Shown here one piece after another: positions 12,555 to 25,061 of a stretch of 64,000 bases of DNA (positions are counted from its first letter, which is position 1; the number at the start of each line of letters is the position of its first letter). Source of the DNA: the human T2T-CHM13v2.0 reference genome, Homo sapiens. The notes beneath the pieces were generated by a model that had not been told where the DNA came from, searched no databases, and was given only the letters and a program-made list of their open reading frames with translations. The position numbers and the translations under genes were made by a program. Location of the stretch: the NCBI RefSeq assembly GCF_009914755.1, contig NC_060932.1. One strand, given 5' to 3'.

Positions 12555-14829
12555 CCTCTCCCTCCCCCTCCCCCTCCCCCTCCCTCTCCCTCTCCCTCCA
12601 CGGTCTCCCTCTGATGCCGAGCCAAAGCTGGACGGTACTGCTGCCATCTCGGCTCACTGCAACCTCCCTGCCTGATTCTCCTGCCTCAGCCTGCCGAGTG
12701 CCTGCGGACGCCGCCACGCCTGACTGGTTTTCGTTTTTTTTTTGGTGGAGACGGGGTTTTGCTGTGTTGGCCGGGCTGGTCTCCAGCTCCTAACCGCGAG
12801 TGATCCGCCAGCCTCGGCCTCCCGAGGTGCCGGGATTGCAGACGGAGTCTCGTTCACTCAGTGCTCAATGGTGCCCAGGCTGGAGTGCAGTGGCGTGATC
12901 TCGGCTCGCTACAACCTCCACCTCCCAGCCGCCTGCCTTGGCCCCCTAAAGTGCCAAGATTGCAGCCTCTGCCCAGCCGCCACCCCGTCTGGGAAGTGAG
13001 GAGCGTCTCTGCCTGGCCCCCCATCGTCTGGGATACGAGGAGCCTCTCTGCCTGGCTGCCCAGTCTGGAAAGTGAGGAGCGTCTCTGCCCGGCCGCCATC
13101 CCATCTAGGAAGCGAGGAGCGCCTCTTCCCCGCCGCCATCCCATCTAGGAAGTGAGGCGTGTCTCTGCCCGGCCGCCCATGTCTGAGATGTGGGGAGCAC
13201 CTCTGCCCCGCCGCCCTGTCTGGGATGTGAGGAGCGCCTCTGCTGGGCCACAACCCTGTCTGGGAGGTGAGGAGCGTCTCTGCCCGGCCGCCCCGTCTGA
13301 GAAGTAAGGAAACCCTCCGCCTGGCAACCGCCCCGTCTGAGAAGTGAGGAGCCCCTCCGTCCGGCAGCCACCCCGTCTGGGAAGTGAGGAGCGTCTACGC
13401 CCGGCAGCCACCCCGTCCGGGAGGGAGGTGGGGGGGGGTCAGCCCCCGCCAGGCCAGCCGCCCAGTCCGGGAGGTGAGGGGCGCCTCTGCCCGGCCGCCC
13501 CTACTGGGAAGTGAGGAGCCCCTCTGCCCGGCCAGCCGCCCCGTCCGGGAGGGAGGTGGGGGGGTCAGCCCCCCGCCCGGCCAGCCGCCCAGTCCGGGAG
13601 GGAGGTGGGGGGATCAGCCCCCCACCCGGCCAGCCGCCCCGTCCAGGAGGGAGGTGGGGGGGTCAGCCCCCCGCCCGGCCAGCCGCCCCGTCCAGGAGGG
13701 AGGTGGGGGGATCAGCCCCCCACCTGGCCAGCCGCCCCGTCCGGGAGGTGAGGGGCGCCTCTGCCCGGCCGCCCCTACTGGGAAGTGAGGACCCCTCTGC
13801 CCGGCCAGCCGCCCCGTCCGGGAGGGAGGTGGGGGGGTCAGCCCCCCGCCCGGCCAGCCGCCCCGTCCGGGAGGGAGGTGGGGGGGTCAGCCCCCCGCCC
13901 GGCCAGCCGCCCCGTCCGGGAGGGAGGTGGGGGGATCAGCCCCCCGCCTGGCCAGCCGCCCCGTCCGGGAGGTGAGGGGCGCCTCTGCCCGGCCGCCCCT
14001 AGGAAGTGAGGACCCCTCTGCCCGGCCAGCCGCCCCGTCCGGGAGGGAGGTGGGGGGGTCAGCCCCCCGCCCGGCCAGCCGCCCTATCCAGGAGGTGAGG
14101 GGCACCTCTGCCCGGCCGCCCCTACTGGGAAGTGAGGAGCCCCTCTGCCTGGCCAGCCGCCCCGTCCGGGAGGGTGGTGGGGGGGTCAGCCCCCCGCCCG
14201 GCCAGCCGCCCCATCCGGGAGGTGAGGGGCGCTTCTGCCCGGCCGCCCCTACTGGGAAGTGAGGAGCCTCTCTGCCCGGCCAGGACCCCGTCTGGGAGGT
14301 GTGCCCAGCGGCTCATTGGGGATGGGCCATGATGACAATGGCGGTTTTGTGGAATAGAAAGGCGGGAAGGGTGGGGAAAAAATTGAGAAATCGGATGGTT
14401 GCCGGGTCTGTGTGGATAGAAGTAGACATGGGAGACTTTTCATTTTGTTCTGTACTAAGAAAAATTCTTCTGCCTTGGGATCCTGTTGATCTGTGACCTT
14501 ATCCCCAACCCTGTGCTCTCTGAAACATGTGCTGTGTCCACTCAGGGTTAAATGGATTAAGGGCGGTGCAAGATGTGCTTTGTTAAACAGATGCTTGAAG
14601 GCAGCATGCTCGTTAAGAGTCATCACCACTCCCTAATCTTAAGTACCCAGGGACACAAACACTGCGGAAGGCCGCAGGGTCCTCTGCCTAGGAAAACCAG
14701 AGACCTTTGTTCACTTGTTTATCTGCTGACCTTCCCTCCACTATTGTCCTATGACCCTGCCAAATCCCCCTCTGCGAGAAACACCCAAGAATGATCAATA
14801 AAAAAATAAATAAATAAATAAATAAAAAT
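12555..14829 (+). mobile_element. Full-length SVA retrotransposon (young D-F group, tentatively SVA_E)
   Basis: CCCTCT/CCCTCC hexamers, Alu-like domain, GC-rich VNTR (about 12960-14290), SINE-R, AATAAA and (AAAT)n tail; perfect 14-bp TSD AAAGTTTGAGAAGA at 12541-12554 and 14830-14843. Confidence 0.98.
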
Positions 14830-15029
14830 AAAGTTTGAGAAGAACTGGTATGGACTTCTCTTTTCTTCTTTCTTTTTCTCCTTTCTCCCATCTTTCCTCT
14901 CTTATTTTCCTTAAAAAGAAAAGAATATTCCTTAGTCCTTATAGAATCTCACAAGACAGGTATAGTGGAGATTTGCTCTTGCCCCCCTCCCTGCATTCGC
15001 TCTCTTTTACTGTGACTACAGTTCTTACC

Positions 15030-15465
15030 ACGTTTCCAGCTTCTGTGATCTGTGTAAAGCTGACCCCAGCCCTGGACTTGGGGGATGGAACAAGTGATTA
15101 AGTTCAGTGCAACCAGAGCATGTGGACCCCTGGCCATGGTGATCGGGCCAGCAACAGGCACCTGACCATCCCAGTCAGTCCACTCAGGGCTACACCCTCT
15201 CGGGACCTGAAATTTTCCTGGATATTTGAGTACCAAGTTCTATCTTAATGAACAAGAATGGGGATAAAACGAGGAGGCTAGAGCCGAAGCAACCTTTTTA
15301 TACAGTTATAGAGCTTGAGAATAAAGCTGACACCAAGGACACAGGAACTGGAAATGGAGAGAAAAAAACCTTGTACTAAGTCTGCATCTAGACTATGAGG
15401 CCTTGTTTTTTTCTTAAGCAAGTTGAGGTTGAGTTCTCTATCACTTACAGTGTAATGTATGCTTA
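15030..15465 (+). mobile_element. Ancient MaLR LTR (MLT1J/K-like)
   Basis: MLT-like 3' end CTTAAGCAAGTTGAGGTTGAGTTCTCTATCACTTACA. Confidence 0.45.
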
Positions 15466-16221
15466 ATTATATACACAAAGGGAAGAAAAAGAACAGTAGC
15501 TAAACGGGAATGTTGGCTCAAGAATGGGCTTTCTTGGTAAGAAAAACTTGAGCCTAGGCTGAAATGAAAAAGGTAATGAAGGCGTGGAGGGGAAAAGCAA
15601 AAGAGAATGGGGAGGGCCCAGAGAGTGAGCATGACACCATCCAGGGAACAGGCACGACAGTGCCCAGGACAGGGTGGCACCGAGTTTTTTCAATATCCCA
15701 AGTCTTTCAGTTTTTTTTTTTTTTAAATGCATTTATTCTTTAAGCTTTTGGATTCTTCTTTCTTCGTAATATATCACAAATTTCATTCAATTTTCAAAGG
15801 TTTATGCTTGGCAAACATGAATATTTGCTGCAACACTAAATGGAACTGAAGAGGTCTGGTCCCCAACAGTTTTCACACAATTACATAAAAAATGAATGTC
15901 TGAGAAAGTGATTTTTGCAACAAACGTGCTCTGAGGTGCAGAAAAGTAAGTTAAGAAGATGACATTTTCACGACTTCTATTTCTTAGGTACCTGAACTCA
16001 ATGTTTATAAAAATCCATTTAAAGCCCAAACCTAACGTGCTTATTGGCTGGTGCCTGGCACAGCTTTTATGCCAGATAAAGGCAGACTTTAGATAATGGG
16101 GCTTATAAAATACTGGTGATGATTGTTAGGCAAGGTTTGTAGACAGAAAAGCAAACATAAATCCCAGATAAGACTCGGATAGTATCTCTAGGACATGTAA
16201 TACCTTTAAGGTAGAGATAAT

Positions 16222-16395
16222 GATTCCTAACCCTGACCACACATTAGAGTCTCTTGGGGAACTTTGAAAAAAACCACTGATGCCAGCACCCTCCTCCTGA
16301 GATTCTGATTCACCGTGAATGTGGGCAGGCAGTGCCCAGGTGATTCTAACATGCTGCAGGCTGGACACCCTCTGGCTGGGGACACTACTGAGCAC
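16222..16395 (-). mobile_element. MER5A
   Basis: CACATTAGAGTCTCTTGGGG...GAGATTCTGATTC...CCCAGGTGATTCTAACATGC. Strand is uncertain because the element is near-palindromic. Confidence 0.7.
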
Positions 16396-16505
16396 CATGA
16401 TAAGACAAAAGTTTTCACTAATCTCCACCTATCCTCTTAAAACATGACTTAGAAAAGGAAACTTAATCAGAAACTCAGACATATAAATTGGCAGCAATTG
16501 CTTAC

Positions 16506-16632
16506 ATAGTCACTTCAAAACATATTCAGACCTATAAATTTTATTCTCCCCTCTAGCCATTTTAAAAACTGCACTGCTTGAAGCTGGACATGAGTCCCCT
16601 AACTCCCTGTGATCCCAGTCAGTCACAAGTAC
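16506..16632 (-). other. Candidate internal exon (minus strand)
   Basis: Acceptor cccccctgttgctctttgcttgctcacAG| and donor TAT|GTAAGC; 127 nt. Confidence 0.25.
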
Positions 16633-17558
16633 CTGTGAGCAAGCAAAGAGCAACAGGGGGGAAGAGGGACGTTCAGTTCCACCCCCTCCACTGACCTATT
16701 TCTCAGTGTGAGTGTCTGGGCCTTTTCCTTGGAAACCTTGAAGAGCCCCCAAAGGATATCAGAGAACTTCTCTGTTTTTAACATGTGCTTCCTATTGAAG
16801 AACAAACTTGGGCATTTTCAAAGTAAGTTATGCTCTTTACATCATACGGGTTTTATCTAGAATTGCACAGAAGAGGGAAAGGTCTTCAAACCCTATTTTT
16901 TTCATGCGGTGCCCAAAAAAGAGGTTTTACCAGTGTTAGACTCATGAGAAGGAATATCAATGAGGAATCAGAATGGAATAGATCGGAAAAGCCACACCAC
17001 TTCCAGCTAGCATGACATGCAGCCAATCCTGCCCCAGAAAAGGATGCTCTCACAACTTAACAATAGAGAATATTGTATTACTATTTTCTCATCAAATGTA
17101 TCTCAAACTTGTTACAAAGAATTGCATAATGCAGAATAGAGCTATTCCTAGAGAGGTACTTACAAATAGACGTTTACTGATGTGCAGGGAATACGGTGAA
17201 ATTGCAATGCCCAAAACTGCTCTCCAGCCCTCGTATCCCTGAGGTTCTGTGAAAGAGACACCAGTGATTCTACCCAAGATACACAGGATGCTGTTTCCAG
17301 CCAAACATGCACTTTGATTTTTCCAAACAATTTAGATAACTAAAATTTTTGCTCTGGTATAATTCTACCAGAAAATAACACGTTTCATTTGTCTGTACAT
17401 TTATAGTGTGTTTGGTGATAGAAATTCCAACAAACTGATCCATAGATTCAATATAGTTTCAATCAGAATTCAGAGGGCTTTTTTTTTTCAGACTGAGGGG
17501 ATGATTAGAAATAGACAATCTAATTCTAAAATACATCTGAGAATGTGAACAATTTTTA

Positions 17559-17880
<322 letters not shown>

Positions 17881-19022
17881 AAAGTTGGAGACACTTTACT
17901 GTCTGATTTTAAGACTTGCTATAAACCACTAAACAAAAATAAGGGGAAAATCATGCAATTATGTGGTGAATAATAATAATGTATTTGTCTTTGCTTTTTG
18001 TTTTATGTTTTTTGTTTCTTCCTTCCCAATCTGAATTCCTTCCATTTATTTTCCTTTCCTTATTAGAATCATTAGAATCTCCAATAAAATACTGAGTTGA
18101 AATCGTGTAAGCAGACATCTTTTCCTTGTTCTTCACCTTAAGAGTTATTCAGTCTTTCACCACTGAGTATGAAATTCACCAAGGGTCTTTCCTAGATGTC
18201 TTTTACCAGGTTAAGGAAGTTCTCATTTGTTCTTAATTTGATAGAGGTTTTCTGTCATGAATGGACATTAAATTTTTCCATATGCTTTTTCTGCATATAT
18301 TGAGATGTTTTTATTATTTTTATTTTTTAATCTGTTAATATAATAAATTACATTTTTGTTTTTCGAATGATAAACTAACTTGCATTCCTAAAATTAAACT
18401 TACTTATGCATGATATATTTTTATCTTTTTCTTATATTGCTGAACTCAATTTTCTAATATTTGGTTAAGGGATTTTGCTTTATTTTAATGAGAAATATAG
18501 TTATGTTGAAGGTTTTTCTTATGTCTGTGATTTTGGTGTCATAAAATAATTCTAACTCATAAAATGAGTTGAGAATTATCCCACTGTAAGAATTTGTACA
18601 GAATTGAATTTGTTTGTTTCTTAAATATTTGTTAGAATTTAACAGTGAAGACATTTGGGTGTAGAGTTTTGTTTTGTTTTGTTTTTTTAATTGGAAAAGC
18701 TTTAACTTCAAATATGATTTCTTTAAAAGATTTAGTTATGCAGTTTATCCTCTCTTCTTGAGTTAACTTTATAAGTTGTATTTTTCACAAATATTTTCAT
18801 TTCATTAAGTTGTCAAATTTACTAATATAAAACTCTTCAGGATGCTTCCTCTTTATCCATTTAATATGCATATTATCTGTAATGAGATGCCTCCCTTCTT
18901 GATATTATGTATCTTCTTCCTTTTTTATGGTAGTTCAGCTTGAGGTCTATCAATATTATTACTCTTCTCAGCTATAATTTGTTCTATTGACTTCTCTCTA
19001 TTGTTGTTCAGTTATCTACTAC

Positions 19023-19283
19023 CTTTTTTTTTTTTTAGACAGAGTCTCACTCTGTCAATCAGGCTGGAGTGCAGTGGCTCAATCTCAACCTCCGCCTCTC
19101 AGGTCTTCTGAGTACTGGGACTACAGGTGCACACCACCATGACATCTAAATTTTGTATTTTTAGTAGAGATGGGATTTCTCCATGTTGGCCAGGCTGGTC
19201 TCGAACTCCTGGCCTCAAGTGATCCATACACCTCAGCCTCCCAAAGTGCTGGGGTTACTGGTGTGAGCCACTGAGTCTGGACC
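19023..19283 (-). mobile_element. Alu with an internal deletion
   Basis: Poly-T then AGACAGAGTCTCACTCTG...CCCAAAGTGCTGGG; flanking cagttatct repeats. Confidence 0.92.
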
Positions 19284-20062
19284 AGTTATCTCTCTGGTTT
19301 CTCTCTCTATGGTTTAACTCTTATCTCTATTGTTTCCTTTCTTTTGCTTACTTTGAATACAATTCTCCATTTTTTGTCCTGATTCTTAAGGTAGAAGATT
19401 GCATCACTGATTTAGGTCTTTATTAATTCCAAATATCACCATTTAATTTTATAAGTTTCTATCTAACTTCTACTTTCGCTTTAGATATATCCCCAAAATT
19501 TCTGAATATTGAGTTTTCGTTCTTATTCTGTTTGAGATATTTAACTTTCCTTATAATGTCTTCTTTGACACATTGATTACTTAATAGGTCTAAATATTTG
19601 AGAATTTTTATGACATCTACTATTGTGTTCTAGTTTAATCCTGTTTTGATAGGAAAATATATTTTATATGACTTAAATCCTTTAAAATTTATTGAGCTTT
19701 ATTATGTAATCCACAATATAATCTATCTCGGGGAATGATACTTATGTGGTTGAAAAAGTTGTGTATTCTTCTGGCTTTGGGTGTAGTGCTCTATTAATAT
19801 CAGTTAGGTCAAGTTGGTTGATTTTGTTATTCAGGTCTTCTTTATACTTACTTTCTGTTTACTTGTTCTATCAGTTACTAAAAGAGGAGCGTGGAATTTG
19901 TTTATTTCTTTTTTCAGTTGTATCACATTTTGGCACCTTGTATTTTGTAACTCTTGTATGATGTGCTTGCCTGGTAATTTTTGACTGGATGATGGAAACT
20001 GTGATTTTTAGTTTCTTGGGTGCAGATGTTGTTATTTTTTTTTTCAAGAATATTGGACTTTC

Positions 20063-20380
<318 letters not shown>

Positions 20381-21429
20381 TTACATTTCTTGGGATCGGT
20401 TTGATCCTTTCAGGTTTACTTTTGTGCTTTATAAAGCAAGCCCAGAATGATCTTCATAATAGGGCTCATATAGCCTTTCCACTAAGGTGACACCTTTCTG
20501 AGGGCTCCATCCAATGCTATGCAGCAAGGTCTTTCCACACTAGCTGGTAGTAACACAAAGTATTCCCCACCCTGAGTGATTTCTGGGAAGTTTTTGGCCC
20601 AGGAATTTTTACTGGTTCTTTTCTAGCCACAAGTAGTTTCCTCCGACACGTGCAGATCATTGTCCGGCCAAAGATTTTAGGGGAAGCCTCTGCAGGTCTC
20701 TAGGGCTCTCTGTGTAGCTCCCTGCTCACTGGTCTCCTACACCACTAATTTTCACACTAGGCTTCCTGAGCCCCAGTCTCTGTATCCTCAACTTAGCAAG
20801 CCTGCTGGTCTCTGGTTGGGAACCCTTCTCTGTACTTCAGCATGGAAACCACCTCTGGAAAACACCAGAGAAAACTCACAGAGATCACCCCGTGTGTCCC
20901 TTCCCTCATGGACCACAGCCCCTTGCAGCCTGCTCTCCAGTTCTCCAACACTGCCGTTTCATGTTTTCTCATTTTCTACGAGTTTTTTTAAGCAGAATAT
21001 TAATCTGGTCTCTCCTATTCCATCATGGTTAAAAGCAGAAACTTGTCTCTGTTTTATAATTCAGTGAAAACTCTCCCAGATATTATATATCAAAGGTGCT
21101 TTTTGTACTAATAAGTTGCTAGTCATCATGATGGAAAAAAATTACAGTAAATAAAGTCTTTTGTAAAGAACACTTACCACCACAATAGTCTACGTTTTAT
21201 TCTGAATTTCAGGCTTTAATTTATTTTGAGAAAGGGGGAAAAAAAGGAGTATCCTCAACATTTAAAAACTGGTTTCACACTCAAGGGCAGTCCATGATAT
21301 TCTCCTATTAAATATTATCTAACAGAACACAACCTCAGACAAGGTTACCCTGAGACCATGATAAAATGGGCCAAAGCAATCCTACTTTATAATTTTGTCT
21401 CAGCATAGACAAAAGCAAGTTTATTGAAT

Positions 21430-21600
21430 ATTATGGACTGAATGTTTATGTTCCATACAATTCATATGTTGAAATCTTAACCCCAAATATAATAGTATTT
21501 GGAGATAGGGCCTTTGAGAGGTAATAGAATTAGATTAGATCACGAGGGTAGGGTCCTTGTGATGGAATTAATGCCCTTATAAAAAAAAAAAAAAAGAGAG
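21430..21600 (+). mobile_element. MLT1A/B LTR 5' fragment
   Basis: TTATGGACTGAATGTTTATG...AATTCATATGTTGAAATCTTAACCCC...GTATTTGGAGATAGGGCCTTT. Confidence 0.75.
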
Positions 21601-21611
21601 AGAGAGAAGTC

Positions 21612-21918
21612 GACCAGGTGCTGTGGCTCATTTCTGTAATCTCAGCAATTTTGGAGGCCGAAGCAGATGAATCACATGAGGTCAGCAGTTTGAGACCAGC
21701 CGGACCAATATGGTGAAACTCTGTCTCTACTAAAAAATACAAAAGTTAGGCTGGGATGGTGGGAGGCGCCTGTAATCCCAGCTACTCAGGAGGCTGAGGC
21801 AGGAGAATCACTTGAACCCAGAAGGCAGAGGTTGCAGTAAGCCAAGATTGCACCATTGCACTCCAGCCCAGGTGACAAAGCGAGACTCCATCTCAAAAAA
21901 AAAAAAGAAAGAAAGAAA
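21612..21918 (+). mobile_element. AluS
   Basis: Full dimer with an A/(GAAA) tail; no obvious TSD. Confidence 0.95.
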
Positions 21919-22568
21919 ATGAGACACTCTTTTACAATAAACTAGACAGATCAACAAAGGCCAAAAGAATTAAGTTAGTGATACGTTATATCACTGGCTA
22001 AAGTTAATTATGTATTTTAAAATACACCATTTAAAGTTAGCTCTGTCAGAAAGTAATTGCTGAAATAATAATAACAAAATAATTAATATGGTAACAAAGA
22101 AAATAGGTATTATTATTTCAGAATCTGCTCTTACCAAATGTTTCATACATTACCTCTAGATTTCAGAGCCAGCCTGTCAAATCACTGTAATTATTCTCAT
22201 TTTATAAACAATACCAAGAAACTCTAAGATTTAGAATTTTAAAGTGGAATTCTCAAGATCAAAGAGCTAAGTGCCAAACTTTCACTCAGTTCAAACTCAG
22301 GTCTGTTTGATTTCCAAGACTTTATGCCCGGTGATACTACTCTGCCTCTTTCCATAAATTTAGTAGATGATGAGATAAAAAGTTTATATTTAATACATGA
22401 TGCAATATGTAGCAGTTTTATACAGGTGTAGAAGCTTCCTGTTGTCTAAAAAAGGTACTCTAGTAAAATATCCCACTTAGAAATAAGTAAACAGGTAAAG
22501 AAAAGAAGAGGTAATAAATATAAGGCTATATACTGAAGAGGAAATGTAAGTTAAAAAACAATGACTAT

Positions 22569-22864
<296 letters not shown>

Positions 22865-23100
22865 TCAAGGGTCATATGAGGAACATGGCTAGAAGATACA
22901 ATTTTTACAAAAGAGATATTTGCTGCCCACTAAGGAGGCAAGAAAAAAGAAAAATTTATTGGCAAGGATAATCAATAAAAATATGAAAATATGTCAGCTC
23001 TATCAGTGAAATAAAGGCAGAAATTGTAGATGAGGAATAACTGAAAGCAGGATGATTGATTAACATCAGCATTATTAAACAGTGCTTTCTAAGAACATAC

Positions 23101-23172
23101 CAATTACTCTTGTTCTGAAAAGTGGAGTGATTAAAGAGTCCTCTGTGCCATTTGTAGAGCAGAAACATCCAG
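23101..23172 (-). other. Candidate internal exon (minus strand)
   Basis: Acceptor tattttctccttttacatacacatcctgttAG| and donor TTG|GTATGT; 72 nt. Confidence 0.3.
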
Positions 23173-23288
23173 CTAACAGGATGTGTATGTAAAAGGAGAA
23201 AATAATACCTAATCAAAAGGTCTTTACCTTTGGTAAAAGTTCATTATATCCTCTCAAGTCTGATCATTTTAAAGTATGATATGCTTTA

Positions 23289-23407
23289 TGCAACTGAGCA
23301 TGAACTTTTCTGAACAAAATCTGGGGTGGAGGGTGAACATGAAGTGCAGGTATGAACACAGAAGCTCCAGCAGATGGTGCAGGTAGGTGGGGAGGGGTGA
23401 GGCCTGA
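23289..23407 (+). repeat. Isolated 119-bp copy of the neighbouring L1PB 5'UTR (25676-25794)
   Basis: Ungapped match with about 9 mismatches by manual alignment. Confidence 0.9.
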
Positions 23408-25061
23408 TAATAAATTATCATCCATTTTCTTTCATAAAAATTCGATGATTATAATTCTTACAAGATGATTACTCCTCCCTATGCTATCTTCTGCACTGAC
23501 ACAATCAATATAACATCAGGTTATTCTTCGGAACTATCTAGCCCTCACTGATGCTTAAAGTAACATTTTTGTTTATTCTATGACATTGTTGTGTTTACCA
23601 AATTTCTCCTGATGTAGCCAACACATAGAAAATAACCTAATGCAACATAAAGAGAACATTTATACTTGAAGCAAATGTAGTTTGGCAAATTTTCAATCAG
23701 CAAACAATCAAGAAAAGAATAAGGCTAACAAATCCTTCTTCAATATCCCTTCCTCACCCCCCACAACCTACTTTTTAGGGTCAAAGGCTATGTCATGAAG
23801 CCAACAGGAAAATCAAAAAGTGTATTTTTATACTCATTGTGAATATTTATATCTGTAGCAGGATTGGCATTTCTATACTGTGCTACTGTCAAGACCTCTG
23901 AAAAGATCTATTATTTATCTCTGCCTTCCTCAAAAATAAATTTAATTTAAAATGGATGATGTACAATAAGAAACATTAAAATAAAGGCAGTATAAAAACA
24001 AACATCTCCGGCACCTTAAGATCTATCATTGTTTTGCCAAGATATACTGAAATAAAATTGAATTTCAGAGTTTATGATTAAAATTATGATAAATTTTAAG
24101 GATTATAGATTACATGTTTGGAAACCAAAAATTCTCTCTGAATAGTGATTCACAACAGCATGGAATCAGTTTTAAAATAGAAAGAAAAAATGTCTGTTTT
24201 CTTGGCTTTAAATACTAAGATTACTCAATATTAGTAAGACTAGTAATTATTATCAGAATATAAAACACTTACTGCTGAGAATTATGTGCATTTTAAATAG
24301 GAATTAGAACTTTTTCATATGCTAATTTTTATAAGCCATCTGTAAATACGTTTGATGAAAAACATCACAGTGATAAGGGCTTTCCATTTTGTCTTTATTT
24401 AAAAATGTATACTTGATTGGTTAATGTGATGATTCAGCAATATAGTAAAAATTACCCAAAGCATTACACAATTTAAAATTATTTTTTAAAAAGACGAAGG
24501 CACACATTTTATCACAGTGATAGTTTAGTAGTCATTGTCTTAGTTTGTTTTGTACTGCTCTTAAAAAAAATATCACAGACTGGGTAATTTATAATGAATA
24601 GAAACATATTGGCTCATGGCTCTGAAGGCTGGGAAGTCCAAGATTGACAGGCCAATCATCCCCTCAATCCCATGTCATCCCATGGCAGAAAGGCATCCCA
24701 TGGCCTTATGTCATCCCATGGCAGAAGGGCAAAGAGAGGGTGAGAGAGAGCCAAAAGGGAAAAAAGCACATCCTTTCATAAGGAACCCAATCCCAAGATG
24801 TGGAACTCACCCCCACAGTAATGGCATTAATCTATTCATGAGGGCACGGTCTTCTTGGTCTAATCACCTCTTAAAAGTCCAACCTCTTAATATTTCTACA
24901 AGGCAATTAAATTTCAATCTGATATTCAGAGGAAACAAACATTCAAACTTAGTCTGTCTTACATACAAAATATGTTATTTTCATCTCTATAGCCTCAAAA
25001 TCTTAACTCATTCCAGCATCAACTGAAAAGTCTAAAGTCTCATTTAAATCAGACATGGGTG

